A stretch of DNA of 64,000 bases from Patescibacteria group bacterium (GCA_038065035.1 JBBTRV010000003.1:346-64345); one strand, 5' to 3'. Positions 29,913 through 40,198 are shown, counted from the stretch's first letter. Program-made: numbers and translations. Notes: generated by a model not told the origin, from the letters alone.

Positions 29913-30449
29913 ATGAAAATTCTCACAATCGCTAATAAAAAAGAAGAGAAATTCCTGCGGCAGAAAACCGCGGAATTTGATTTTAAAACTTATGCCACGA
30001 CAGCCGGCGAAAAATTCACTAGAAAACAAATCGAAAAACTGATTAAAAATATGAAAATTACAATGGAAAAAGCGCCGGGCATCGGACTTTCCGCTAATCA
30101 AGTCGGCCTGAATTTAAAATTATTCGTCGCTCAAATCCCCGAAACCAGATTAGAAAAAAACGGAAAAGAAATTTCAACCAAAGCAACGGAATTTTATGTT
30201 ATTTTTAATCCGGAAATAAAAAATTTTTCAAAAAGGAAAACAATAATGGAAGAAGGGTGTCTAAGCGTTCCGGGAATTTTCGGAGAGGTTGAACGGCCGG
30301 AAAAAATCACGCTTTCCGGCTTTAATAAAAAAGGAAAAAAAATCACATTAGAAGCCGAAGGATTATTGGCAAAAGTTTTTCAGCATGAAACTGACCACCT
30401 AAACGGAATCCTGTTTATTGATAAAGCGAAAAATTTAAAGAAGTTATGA
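29913..30449 (+). CDS. def: peptide deformylase
   Basis: GIGLSANQVG, EGCLS and QHETDHLNG motifs. Confidence 0.97.
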   Translation: MKILTIANKKEEKFLRQKTAEFDFKTYATTAGEKFTRKQIEKLIKNMKITMEKAPGIGLSANQVGLNLKLFVAQIPETRLEKNGKEISTKATEFYVIFNPEIKNFSKRKTIMEEGCLSVPGIFGEVERPEKITLSGFNKKGKKITLEAEGLLAKVFQHETDHLNGILFIDKAKNLKKL

Positions 30450-30563
30450 AAATAAAAATCACAAAATTATTCCTTCAACCCGCTCACGTCCGCCATCCGC
30501 CAACTGGCGGAGGCGGACTGCGCTTCCGTTTAGGTATCAGGAACAACTTTGTGATTTTTGTTT
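30450..30563. other. structured intergenic element, copy 2 (inverted relative to copy 1)
   Basis: A ~25-bp outer inverted repeat, unrelated to that of copy 1, encloses the same 26-nt and 19-nt core arms (one mismatch each). Confidence 0.85.
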
Positions 30564-30574
30564 CCTGAAATTTT

Positions 30575-31453
30575 ATGAAATTCGTATTTTTCGGCACGCC
30601 TGAATTTGCCGCCATTATTTTAGAAAAACTTATTAACTTCGGCTTTATTCCCGAAGCCGTTATTTGTAATCCTGATCGTCCGATTGGCAGAAAAAAAATT
30701 ATTACTCCCCCGCCGGTAAAAAAATTGCTGATTGAAAAATTAAAAAATTATAAAATTAAAATTCTCCAGCCGGAAAATCTGGTGGATATTAAAAATCAGT
30801 TGTCAGCTGTCAACTGTCAGTTGTTTGTAGTTGCCGCTTATGCCAAAATCATCCCAAAAGAAATTTTAGAGATTCCGCGCCTCGGCTCAATCGGCGTCCA
30901 TCCTTCGCTTTTGCCGAAATACCGCGGCCCTTCGCCCATTCAATCGGTAATTTTAAACGATGAAAAAGAAACTGGCGTAACCTTATTTTTAATGGATGAA
31001 AAAGTGGACCACGGTAAAATAGTATCAAGTATCAAGTATCAAGCATCAAGTGATGATAATTACGAATCTTTAATACGCAAACTGGCAGAATTGAGCGCTA
31101 ATCTTTTAATTGAAGCACTGTCTAATATTGAAGAAAAAATTAAAAATGCAAAATCGCAAAACGAATCATTTGCCACTTACACAAAAAAATTTACAACCAA
31201 AGACGCATTTATTGAACCTGCTAATTTAGAAAAAGCGCAGGGTTCGATATGCTCACCCCAAGAAATTCGGCGGCTTGCGATTGAAATAGACCGAAAAATT
31301 CGCGCCTTAAATCCGGAACCAGGAACCTGGACACTTCGACAAGCTCAAGGTAAGCTTATGCGAATAAAACTTTTAGAAGTGGAAATAACCCAAAACGGCA
31401 AATTAAAACTCAAAAAAATCCAAACTGAAGGCAAAAAACCTAAAATTTTATAA
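30575..31453 (+). CDS. fmt: methionyl-tRNA formyltransferase
   Basis: FFGTPEFA, HPSLLPKYRGPSPIQ, ETGVT and IRALNPEPG motifs; follows def. Confidence 0.95.
   Translation: MKFVFFGTPEFAAIILEKLINFGFIPEAVICNPDRPIGRKKIITPPPVKKLLIEKLKNYKIKILQPENLVDIKNQLSAVNCQLFVVAAYAKIIPKEILEIPRLGSIGVHPSLLPKYRGPSPIQSVILNDEKETGVTLFLMDEKVDHGKIVSSIKYQASSDDNYESLIRKLAELSANLLIEALSNIEEKIKNAKSQNESFATYTKKFTTKDAFIEPANLEKAQGSICSPQEIRRLAIEIDRKIRALNPEPGTWTLRQAQGKLMRIKLLEVEITQNGKLKLKKIQTEGKKPKIL
30796..30823 (+). repeat. heptamer tandem repeat (TCARYTG)x4, in-frame in fmt
   Basis: TCAGTTG TCAGCTG TCAACTG TCAGTTG encodes QLSAVNCQL. Confidence 0.85.
31021..31051 (+). repeat. heptamer tandem repeat (AGTATCA)x4, in-frame in fmt
   Basis: AGTATCA x3, AGCATCA, AGT; encodes VSSIKYQASS. 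Confidence 0.9.
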
Positions 31454-31484
31454 AAAATCCCCCATTATGCATGGGGAATTTTTT
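31452..31484. terminator. bidirectional terminator between fmt and the pilin gene
   Basis: AAAAAATCCCCCAT-loop-ATGGGGAATTTTTT. Confidence 0.8.
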
Positions 31485-31506
31485 ATAGCTTGAACGAAAT
31501 ACTAGC

Positions 31507-31947
31507 TTATCTGGTAATGGAAATATCCGGCACTTCTATCTCGGTACTAGAAGCCAAAACCGTTACCCTTCTTGTGGTAGAATCATAAACTACCCAATAA
31601 TCAGTAGAAGAAGCCGTACCAGTGCTTGGATCAATCGGCATTGAAGAGATATATGTCGGCACTATACAAGGTTCAATATTATAATTGCTAGCCCCTAATT
31701 GCGTCATTACTGATGGTAATACGCCAGCGCCGGGACAATTAAAAACTCCCCCATTGTCCGCCTGATTCTGGCCGATAGCGTCTAAAACAGCTTTAACTTG
31801 AGCCCATCTTTTTGTGTCCCTTGCCTGGGCAAACTGCCTGCCAGGATTTAAAGCCACGATAACAACTCCGGCTAAAATCGCGATAATGCCGATAACGACC
31901 AATAATTCGATTAATGTAAAACCTGATTTTGAATTTCTTTGTTTCAT
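31507..31947 (-). CDS. type IV major pilin
   Basis: Class III signal KSG|FTLIELLVVIGIIAILAG, ARDTKR, PIDP and a Cys pair. Confidence 0.93.
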   Translation of the reverse strand: MKQRNSKSGFTLIELLVVIGIIAILAGVVIVALNPGRQFAQARDTKRWAQVKAVLDAIGQNQADNGGVFNCPGAGVLPSVMTQLGASNYNIEPCIVPTYISSMPIDPSTGTASSTDYWVVYDSTTRRVTVLASSTEIEVPDISITR

Positions 31948-32047
31948 TGATATTTATTTGTTTTCAATAATAAAATAACTCGACCTTTAAGGACATTTTT
32001 ATATTATAAATCTATTATATCATAAAATTCAATAAGAAATATAAAAC

Positions 32048-32056
32048 TTATCCACA
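32048..32056. promoter_or_regulatory. consensus DnaA box upstream of the pilin promoter
   Basis: TTATCCACA in the intergenic region. Confidence 0.5.
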
Positions 32057-32059
32057 CCT

Positions 32060-33544
32060 TTATTGAATTTCTTTCCAGCTTATGACTTCGTAAGTTTCTG
32101 CCGCTAAAGGAAAACTCGGCGGCGGAGCGTAAAGAAGATTGGCGTCATAAATCAGATTGCGCGTTTGATAACCGGTGCCGTCGGTATAAGCAAAACCATA
32201 ACGCTGGCTAGAAGCAATCATTCCATAAGTTGTGATGGTATTTCTCGTGTGATAAGTAGTACAACGGCTATCTGGCGACCGGTAATAATACCTGCCAACC
32301 CGACCATTTTGTGCCATAAGGGCCGCATCAACTCTTATGATATCAGTGCTATAAAAACCGATATTCAAATTTTTCTGGGCAATAAGCCCGATAACATCTT
32401 GACCGTCATAATTAGTATACAAGAGATTTTCATTAACCGTGATACTGCTGCGCGTTGTCGGATTATCCGGAAAACGCGCTGAAGCGATTGTCACGCGGCT
32501 GGTATTAATTTGCCCCCTTACCCAGACATCGTCTTCAATAAAAATCAAACCATTGGCGGGTATCTGATAATTGCCAAGCAAAGTTTCGGTTTGAATGCTC
32601 CAGATGCCCCAACCGCTTTGATTTAAATAATTAGTGCAATTGCTCGGCGGCGCCCTTAAAGCGTCAACAATAAAAAAATCAAAAGTATCGTCTGTTTTTA
32701 ATACGATATCGTATCCGTATTTTCCAGAACCCGACGACCCGCGGTAAAAACCGCTTGAAGAAGCTGATTCTTTCAATTGGGAAAGAGTCTGGGTAATACC
32801 GGTAAAATCCACTGCCGGCACCGGAAATTGGCGGCCAGCCATAAAAACATCCGAACGGTCTTGTAGTGAATTAGGCGGCGCTTCTAATGGTCTGAAACTG
32901 CTGTTAGTTCCACTTTGACCTGCCGGATTTCTATGTGTATGCACGCCAAATTCATTGCTGCCGCTATGGTCAAGGTCGTCATAAGAACTAAGAGCGCTGG
33001 TGACCAAATTATGAGCAGTACCGTCAAATCTTACGCCGTTGTTTGAATGAATCGGCCCAAAAACTTCCGTACCGTCGCCGTACCTTACATTGTCATTTAA
33101 CACGCTGGCGTATTTGGCAAACGACGGAATGCCCATTTTAGCTTCAATAATTTTTTCAATATCAGGGTCGGCATTGGATTTTCCGATTGATCTCACGGTA
33201 ATAATCGTTGATCCATTTACGGGAGGCGTTATCTCTAATATAAATTGTCCTATGATATTTCCATTTTTATCCTGATAATCATGGATATAAGGACCTGGAG
33301 CGCCGGTGCCATCAGTATAATCATTCTGATCATGAGCCAGATGCCAGCGGTAATATTCAATTCCCGCTTCGGCAATTTTAAACGCCAAAGAACGATTTTG
33401 ATAATTTATTGTGTTATTCAAATTCGTATCAGTCCAAACCAAGAATCCGGACAGCATTATAACCATTACCATCCCGTAAATTAAAATCTGCATTGAAAGC
33501 TGGCCGCTATTCTTATCTTTTATTTTTATATTTTTATATTTCAT
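32060..33544 (-). CDS. PilX-like minor pilin with a large C-terminal domain
   Basis: SG|QLSMQILIY hydrophobic helix, then AFKIAEAGIEY; C-terminus ISWKEI. Confidence 0.8.
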   Translation of the reverse strand: MKYKNIKIKDKNSGQLSMQILIYGMVMVIMLSGFLVWTDTNLNNTINYQNRSLAFKIAEAGIEYYRWHLAHDQNDYTDGTGAPGPYIHDYQDKNGNIIGQFILEITPPVNGSTIITVRSIGKSNADPDIEKIIEAKMGIPSFAKYASVLNDNVRYGDGTEVFGPIHSNNGVRFDGTAHNLVTSALSSYDDLDHSGSNEFGVHTHRNPAGQSGTNSSFRPLEAPPNSLQDRSDVFMAGRQFPVPAVDFTGITQTLSQLKESASSSGFYRGSSGSGKYGYDIVLKTDDTFDFFIVDALRAPPSNCTNYLNQSGWGIWSIQTETLLGNYQIPANGLIFIEDDVWVRGQINTSRVTIASARFPDNPTTRSSITVNENLLYTNYDGQDVIGLIAQKNLNIGFYSTDIIRVDAALMAQNGRVGRYYYRSPDSRCTTYHTRNTITTYGMIASSQRYGFAYTDGTGYQTRNLIYDANLLYAPPPSFPLAAETYEVISWKEIQ

Positions 33545-33582
33545 TTTTAAAAATCTAAAAACTAAAACCTATAAACTATTTT

Positions 33583-34212
33583 TTAATCATCTCTCAATTC
33601 CCTTGGCGTTAATTCAATCATCGAAGTAGTCGTTGCTGTTCCATCGGGCTTTGTAACTGTAAATTGCGCCTTGATTAATTTTACATCCGGAATGTTAATT
33701 GGAAAAGGCAATGGCGCTTCACTGCCGGAATAATTCATATCATAATAACTGAAAACGCTTGATGTTCCGACTCTTAAATTATGCAAAACATCAAAAACTT
33801 CTTCATTGGCGTCGTTATAAGTGAACGGATTGCCGGTCGGAACGAGAATCCCTTTCTTCAAAACGTTTCCGGAAACAAAATATTTGAAGCGTTCAATAGC
33901 GCCATCAGCATCAACATCGCTATAAAAAACAAAAATACTGGAAGACGCCTGGCTTATCGGATAACTGCCGACGCTTGACTGGCTCATGGACCTCATTTCT
34001 TTAATCATGCCCTGTATCGTATATTGCAGTTCAAACTGCGGCTCAAAGCTTTTCATGAAATTAATATTTAAATCGGTAAGATTAATGCCGATATATGTTA
34101 AAATAACAACAATTAAAGCTATAAAAGACGCTCCAATAACAACTTCTATCAAGGTAATTCCCGACTTATTATTGATATTTTTATTGCCGGCTATTTTTTC
34201 TTTTAATAACAT
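33583..34212 (-). CDS. minor pilin (PilW-like), prepilin-type N-terminus
   Basis: KSG|ITLIEVVIG. Confidence 0.85.
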   Translation of the reverse strand: MLLKEKIAGNKNINNKSGITLIEVVIGASFIALIVVILTYIGINLTDLNINFMKSFEPQFELQYTIQGMIKEMRSMSQSSVGSYPISQASSSIFVFYSDVDADGAIERFKYFVSGNVLKKGILVPTGNPFTYNDANEEVFDVLHNLRVGTSSVFSYYDMNYSGSEAPLPFPINIPDVKLIKAQFTVTKPDGTATTTSMIELTPRELRDD

Positions 34213-35893
34213 AAAAAATAATAATTCCGATAATTGCTGAAAATGAAAATAAAACTATATACAAAACCGTTCCGGAAAGATAATTTTTTATTTTTACTAA
34301 ATTCCTGCCAATTTTTCTTTCCGCTATTGGAATTTCAAAATCTTCCGGCACGGCCACTTTCTCAAAAATACCGTTATTATCTGAATAAACAATGACATAA
34401 TATTCTCCGGAAGAAAGGCTTTCTATGGCAGCGCCGCGCTTTTCCCGGCTGATTAATAATCTTTTTGCTAAATTTTTATTACTATCAAAAATATCAATCC
34501 GATAACCATTAATTCCGGCAGGTTGATTATCGCCCCACTCGACATTGAAATAATAATTGCCTTGGCTGTCTTGTTCTACGCCTCCGCTTAAAGCGCTTTG
34601 GTTATCTTGTTGATTATTTTGGTTTGATTGATTATTTTCTTCCTCATTTTGATCAGACTCATCCTGATTTCCCTGATTTGGTTCATTTGGAGAAAAAACT
34701 TCGCTTAAAGTTGTAAATCCCATATTTTGGGAAACATAATTGCCATCCGCGTCAATTGAAGCGATTTTGGCGATATATTTCGTGCTGGCGCGCAATACAT
34801 TGCCGCTGTTTAAAACATGTTCCAATTCAAACGTCGAATCGCCAACGCTGATAATTGCCTGTTCTCCGGGAGCGTCTAAACTAACAAGCAAGCTTGACCC
34901 GGCCGCCTTATTAGTTTGCCAGGCAATTTTAATAGATTCATCGTCCAAGGAAACAATGGAAATATTTGAAATAATCGGCGCTGAATTATTTTCGGGAATT
35001 TGCGGCGTTGAAGTTGATTCCGGCGTTGATGTGGCTTGAGGCGACGTCCAGTCGGGAGAACTTGTAAAGTTACCGTTAATATCAGTCTCGTTTTCCCACG
35101 CATCTTTAACCATCAGCCGATAACTATAATTAGTATTTGGCAAAGTACTTATTTCTAAAACACATTCCCTGATACCCGCGTCGCAAGGATAAAAATCATT
35201 AAAGAAATTTGTTTCCTGGATATCGCCTCCATTCGGCCAGTAAGAAATTTTATAATCAACCGGCTCATTGGCATTGAAACGAAAGCTTGTTTTATCGGGA
35301 GAAATGACATTAACGCTGAAATTGGAAATAATCGGCAAAGCGATATCGCCGTCTTCATACAATGCGAATTTAAAAAAGAAGCTTTGTTCATTCGCTCCCA
35401 CATAAGCCGGCTTGATTTGCCTTTCAAGAGCATTAGTCGCGTTATGCACTTGGACATCGATGGTATTGGAATAATAAATTTTGAACTTCGCCAAAGAGCT
35501 AATCATTTTAATTTTGTAAATCTGACCGCTGACGACATTAACCGGCTGGTCAAAAGCAACATGCAATTTCTGGCCGCCAGCCGTTCTAGCGACATAAGGA
35601 ACAGTTATTGTTTTAGCCGCCAAAAGATTATCATTGTTGTCGCGCAGGCCAAAAGAAACGGCTCCAGAACTCCCCTCGTTTTCCACCCAAATGTCAAAAC
35701 CGCTTACATAATCATCATAAGGAATAAAGTATTGGTAGACAGGCCCGGCTGTCGCCAAAGTCAAATTGCCGGCTGTGTCATAAAAAGATTCAAAATATCT
35801 CAATTCCGCCGCAATAACGCCGGAAGTAGAAAGCAAAAAGCAAAAAATAGAAAATAGAAAAAATATTTTTATTTTTTTATTTTTAAAATTCAT
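34181..35893 (-). CDS. secreted, C-terminally membrane-anchored protein with FN3-like domains
   Basis: Signal peptide, two PIISN-initiated beta-sandwich repeats, a Q/N/E-rich linker, and a C-terminal TM followed by KRK. Confidence 0.8.
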   Translation of the reverse strand: MNFKNKKIKIFFLFSIFCFLLSTSGVIAAELRYFESFYDTAGNLTLATAGPVYQYFIPYDDYVSGFDIWVENEGSSGAVSFGLRDNNDNLLAAKTITVPYVARTAGGQKLHVAFDQPVNVVSGQIYKIKMISSLAKFKIYYSNTIDVQVHNATNALERQIKPAYVGANEQSFFFKFALYEDGDIALPIISNFSVNVISPDKTSFRFNANEPVDYKISYWPNGGDIQETNFFNDFYPCDAGIRECVLEISTLPNTNYSYRLMVKDAWENETDINGNFTSSPDWTSPQATSTPESTSTPQIPENNSAPIISNISIVSLDDESIKIAWQTNKAAGSSLLVSLDAPGEQAIISVGDSTFELEHVLNSGNVLRASTKYIAKIASIDADGNYVSQNMGFTTLSEVFSPNEPNQGNQDESDQNEEENNQSNQNNQQDNQSALSGGVEQDSQGNYYFNVEWGDNQPAGINGYRIDIFDSNKNLAKRLLISREKRGAAIESLSSGEYYVIVYSDNNGIFEKVAVPEDFEIPIAERKIGRNLVKIKNYLSGTVLYIVLFSFSAIIGIIIFYVIKRKNSRQ

Positions 35894-35939
35894 ATGAATA
35901 AATTAATTTTAATTACCATTAATTACTACATCATTGCCA

Positions 35940-35973
35940 CTTAATTACTTAATTACTTATTTACTTAATTACT
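35940..35973. repeat. octamer tandem repeat (CTTAATTA)x4 spanning a stop codon
   Basis: CTTAATTA CTTAATTA CTTATTTA CTTAATTA CT. Confidence 0.75.
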
Positions 35974-37761
35974 ATTCAATGTTGCTTTATATTCCTGCCA
36001 GCTGTTAAAAATCGAAAGTCCGGGCTCGGTTGAAGAAGCATAGCCGGTTTTTTGAACCGTTAAGCTATAAGTATCAGAGTTTAGCCCGCCGAATAACGCT
36101 TGGCCGGCCGGAACGCAGCCGGAATAAAAACTGATAGTGAAATCCTCAAGTATTGGCGTGTAATTCTCGTCAGCGGTTTGCAGATACGCTCTAATCTTTA
36201 AATAACGATTGCCATTTTGCGAAGCGCTGATTTGGCCGCCGCTCGCAGTATAAAAACTGCCTGCCGAGCCGTCCGGACCGATAAAATTCCACGTAGCGTT
36301 ATCGTTATTCGCCGCTATTTGAAATTTTAAGCTGTCGTTTCCGGCTTGCGGCGGCTGGCTTTCCGGATTCCAGGATAATTCAAAAAATTCAGTCGTTGAA
36401 GTGCCAAAATCTATCGTGTTAGAAATCAGCCACTCCGCGCTGCTAGTTGAATATTTTCCGTCAATTATCTTTAATTTCATTTCGCCGGCCGGATTATCAA
36501 CTTCAACTCCTCCGCTTTGTTCAAAATAATTCCCTCCCGACCAATCGGTTTTAATAATATTTTTTTTACCCGTCAAAACAGTCTGATTAAATCCAATTTT
36601 TGACAATTCAACACTCGCGCCTTTAATCGGCAGGCCATTTTCATCAGAAACGCTCACTAAAAAAGCTAATGGATTTTTTTGCTCCATTATTAATTTTAAA
36701 TCAGATGCCGTATCAGGGTTAACCGCAATCGGCAAAAATGGCATTGTTCCGGAAAAATCATAAACATCATCCTGATTTAAAAAATTATAAGAATCCCATT
36801 CAAGTCCGGAAATAGTTTTTAAGCCATTAGAATTAGTAGCTGAAGAAACTGAATATTTTAAAACATCTGGAGCGCCGATTGTTTTTATCCCCTCTTGTAA
36901 AAAATCAACATTCGGCACTGCCTGACACATTTTATCAATAGAAGCAATATTCAAAGAGCTTACTTTATCAATACTGAAACTTATCTGCGTAATCTGCTGC
37001 TGGCCGATTGTCGCGTGGGGCTTATTCGGATTCGGATTGCCGGCGCCTCCTATCGGATAAGTTTTATCGGAAGAATAACCGCTTTTGCTTACCGTTATTT
37101 CATAAGCCGAAGTGCTGGTTGGAATATCAACGAGCTGAAGAATGCCGTTTATATTCGTATTGTCATTAATTGTAATTATCGGATTTAAAGCGTTATTAAC
37201 AACTTCAACATCAACGCTGCTTACCGGCTGGCCATTAGCATCAAAAACATTTATGAACAATGAACCGTTATTGCTGTCGCTTTCTAATCCTTGCGGCGCC
37301 ACCGTAGTATTCATATGAATCGGCTTGAAATAATAACAATTATTGCAGCTTACCTCTAATTCAATCAGCTTATAATCAGCCGGCGCCGTGTCGTTCGGAT
37401 TTCCGCCTATGGTGCCGTCAAAAGAATCGTCAATATTTCTGACGGTTGTCTTTATAATAAAAGTTTGCTGGCCTAATTGGATATTTTTTTCCGCCAAAAG
37501 CTTGCCGGAAGGATAACCGCCGGAAATTCCAACATCGGAAAAAGGCATATTTCTGATAATTTCAATCTCTTTTTCTAAAATTGCAATTCCGTCAAAACGG
37601 CTCTTATCTTTACCAGTTGCCTCTAAAACATTAGAAAATCCAAAATAAACCGCCTGAATTAAAATTGCCATAAGCCCAAGGCCAATAACAACTTCAATTA
37701 AAGTAATCCCCTTGTGGTAGTTATTATTTTTGTTAAATTTGGAATTAAAAAATTTTAACAT
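35965..37761 (-). CDS. large minor pilin with carboxypeptidase-regulatory-like beta-sandwich domains
   Basis: KG|ITLIEVVIG; repeats GSLFINVFDANGQPV...YEITVSKSGY. Confidence 0.82.
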   Translation of the reverse strand: MLKFFNSKFNKNNNYHKGITLIEVVIGLGLMAILIQAVYFGFSNVLEATGKDKSRFDGIAILEKEIEIIRNMPFSDVGISGGYPSGKLLAEKNIQLGQQTFIIKTTVRNIDDSFDGTIGGNPNDTAPADYKLIELEVSCNNCYYFKPIHMNTTVAPQGLESDSNNGSLFINVFDANGQPVSSVDVEVVNNALNPIITINDNTNINGILQLVDIPTSTSAYEITVSKSGYSSDKTYPIGGAGNPNPNKPHATIGQQQITQISFSIDKVSSLNIASIDKMCQAVPNVDFLQEGIKTIGAPDVLKYSVSSATNSNGLKTISGLEWDSYNFLNQDDVYDFSGTMPFLPIAVNPDTASDLKLIMEQKNPLAFLVSVSDENGLPIKGASVELSKIGFNQTVLTGKKNIIKTDWSGGNYFEQSGGVEVDNPAGEMKLKIIDGKYSTSSAEWLISNTIDFGTSTTEFFELSWNPESQPPQAGNDSLKFQIAANNDNATWNFIGPDGSAGSFYTASGGQISASQNGNRYLKIRAYLQTADENYTPILEDFTISFYSGCVPAGQALFGGLNSDTYSLTVQKTGYASSTEPGLSIFNSWQEYKATLNSN

Positions 37762-37811
37762 TTTGCATTGTCATTTTTTATTTTGATATTTACATTTTAA
37801 TTTTATACTAA

Positions 37812-38879
37812 TTACCTCACCTTAAGATTCTGCGTTAAAGTATAAATCGGAGTGATAATTGACAGCACGACAAAGCCGACGAGAATTCCCATAAAAAGAA
37901 TAAGCAACGGTTCCAAAATAGTGGATAAATTTTTAAACTGTTCGTCTACTTCAGCTCCATAAAATTCAGCCAAATAAGCAAGATTTTCATCAAGATGGCC
38001 GGTGCTTTCTCCTACTTCAATCATTTGGGAAAAAGTCGGCGGAAAATATTTTTCATTCGCCAAAAGATAATTAGACATCGTCTCGCCTTTTCTGATGGTT
38101 TCAGAAACATTTTTAAGCTCAACCCGATAAACGATATTAGGCATTGTTTCGGCGGTAATATTCAAAGCGTCAACAATTTTAATGCCGCTTTTAAGAAGCG
38201 ATGCTAAAGTTCTCGCAAAAGCCGTCATATTAACATTCACGGAAGTCTGCCCGATAAAAGGAATTAATAAAATAAATTTATGCCAGAGAAATTTCACCGC
38301 CCTTAATCTTAGCAAGAAAGAAATCGCAAATACTAAAATAATAATACCAATTCCAACCAGCCAGCCATAGTGGAGAAAAAAATTTACAGTGGCGATTAAG
38401 ATTCTTGTCGTTATCGGCAATTGTACTTTAAAGCTGTCAAAAATCGGCATTATTTGGGGAAAAACAACAAAAAGCAAAATACTGCTTATGCCGACAGTGG
38501 CAACCAAAACAATAAACGGATATGTCATCGCTGCCTTGACCTTGCGCCTCAATTCATAACCCTTCTTCAATTCTTCATGAAGGTAATTCAAATTATCCGC
38601 TAAGGTGCCGCTCGCCTCACCGACTCTTATAATATTAATAAAAAAATTTCCGAAAATTGATTTTTGTTTATCAAGGCTTACCGAAAGAAACTGGCCGTTG
38701 TCAACATCAACAATAAGCTGGCTGATAATTTTTTGGAAAGTCTTTGATTTTGATTGCCGGCGCAACATCCATAAGCTGTCTAAAAGCGGCATGCCCGAGC
38801 GAATCATAATGGACAGATGCTTTGTAAAAAGCATTTTTTCGGAAATTGATATATGATTAAAAATTCTTCCTATATCCAT
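37812..38879 (-). CDS. pilC: type IV pilus platform protein (GspF family)
   Basis: LSIMIRSGMPL, GEASGTL, AMTYP, GESTGHLD and EPLLI motifs. Confidence 0.93.
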   Translation of the reverse strand: MDIGRIFNHISISEKMLFTKHLSIMIRSGMPLLDSLWMLRRQSKSKTFQKIISQLIVDVDNGQFLSVSLDKQKSIFGNFFINIIRVGEASGTLADNLNYLHEELKKGYELRRKVKAAMTYPFIVLVATVGISSILLFVVFPQIMPIFDSFKVQLPITTRILIATVNFFLHYGWLVGIGIIILVFAISFLLRLRAVKFLWHKFILLIPFIGQTSVNVNMTAFARTLASLLKSGIKIVDALNITAETMPNIVYRVELKNVSETIRKGETMSNYLLANEKYFPPTFSQMIEVGESTGHLDENLAYLAEFYGAEVDEQFKNLSTILEPLLILFMGILVGFVVLSIITPIYTLTQNLKVR

Positions 38880-38898
38880 ATTTTAAATACTATTTATT

Positions 38899-40134
38899 TT
38901 ATTCATGGATTATTCTCAAAACCTCTTCAATGGTTGTTATGCCTTTTACCGCTTTATTGAATCCATCTTCAAGCATTGTCGTCATTCCCTCTTTCATTGC
39001 CGATTCCTGGATAATGCTGGAATTTACCCTTTTCATAATCGACTCCCTGATATTTTCAGTGACTTCTAAAACTTCATAAATCCCGACCCTGCCTTCATAG
39101 CCGTCTTCGCAAACAGCGCATCCCTTGCCTTCAAAAAAATTCCTGTTATTTTTCAAAAGCTCCGGCCTGATTACTTCTTTCAAACTGTTAAACTCAGTAT
39201 CGTTCAATTTTTTATCCATGCGGCAACTGGAACACACCTTCCTTACCAAGCGTTGGCCAATGGCGATATTTACCGTTGAAGCGATTAAAAACGGCTCAAT
39301 ACCCATATCTAAAAGCCGCGGTAAAGTTGTGGCCGCGTCATTGGTGTGGATAGTTGAAAGGAGTAAATGGCCGGTCAAAGCTGCGTTCACGGCAATGCCG
39401 GCTGTTTCTTCGTCTCTGATTTCGCCGACCATAATAATATTCGGGTCTTGCCGCAAAATAGACCTTAACCCTTGGGCAAACGTCAATCCTGTCTGAGAGT
39501 TTACCTGAATTTGATCAATGCCTTTTAAAGAGTATTCTATCGGGTCTTCAATTGTGATAATAGAAATTTCCGAAGTATTTAATTCTTTGATAATCGAATA
39601 AAGAGTGGTTGTTTTTCCGGAGCCGGTCGGGCCGGTTGCCAAAATCATGCCGTAAGGTTTTTTAACCGCTTTTTCAACAATCGCGAAATCCCTGTCTGAA
39701 AAACCAAGCTCCTTAAGAGAAAGCTGAGTTCTTTCCGATAAAATCCTTAAAACAGAATTTTCGCCGTAATAAGTCGGGGCGATGGAAACCCGCACGTCAA
39801 CATAGCCGACGTTTTCAATTGGAATTTTAAACCGGCCGTCCTGCGCGGCTTGGTGTTCGTCTGTCCGCAAACCGGATAAAACTTTAATTCTGGTAATCAC
39901 TTCCGACTGAATGCTTTTCGGCAAAATAAAAGCGTCGTGAAGCACGCCATCAACCCTTAAACGCACTCTCACTCTTCCTTCTTCCGGATCAATGTGAATA
40001 TCTGAAGCCCGCGCCTCAAAAGCATGGGCGATTAAAGCGTCAACCAGTCGAATAATTGAAATTTCATCCGGCTTGGCTTTTAATTCTTTTTCAATAACAA
40101 CTCCTTTTGTCTGTTTTGATGTTTCTTCCGGCAT
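38899..40134 (-). CDS. pilB: type IV pilus assembly ATPase (GspE/PilB), N-terminally short
   Basis: ASDIHIDP, GPTGSGKTTT, TIEDPIEY, LRQDPNIIMVGEIRD and a tetra-Cys motif. Confidence 0.93.
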   Translation of the reverse strand: MPEETSKQTKGVVIEKELKAKPDEISIIRLVDALIAHAFEARASDIHIDPEEGRVRVRLRVDGVLHDAFILPKSIQSEVITRIKVLSGLRTDEHQAAQDGRFKIPIENVGYVDVRVSIAPTYYGENSVLRILSERTQLSLKELGFSDRDFAIVEKAVKKPYGMILATGPTGSGKTTTLYSIIKELNTSEISIITIEDPIEYSLKGIDQIQVNSQTGLTFAQGLRSILRQDPNIIMVGEIRDEETAGIAVNAALTGHLLLSTIHTNDAATTLPRLLDMGIEPFLIASTVNIAIGQRLVRKVCSSCRMDKKLNDTEFNSLKEVIRPELLKNNRNFFEGKGCAVCEDGYEGRVGIYEVLEVTENIRESIMKRVNSSIIQESAMKEGMTTMLEDGFNKAVKGITTIEEVLRIIHE

Positions 40135-40198
40135 CTTGCTTTTATTATACCAGATTATTGAAATGCAAACAAAAAAGAATTACAATTATTTCGCAATT

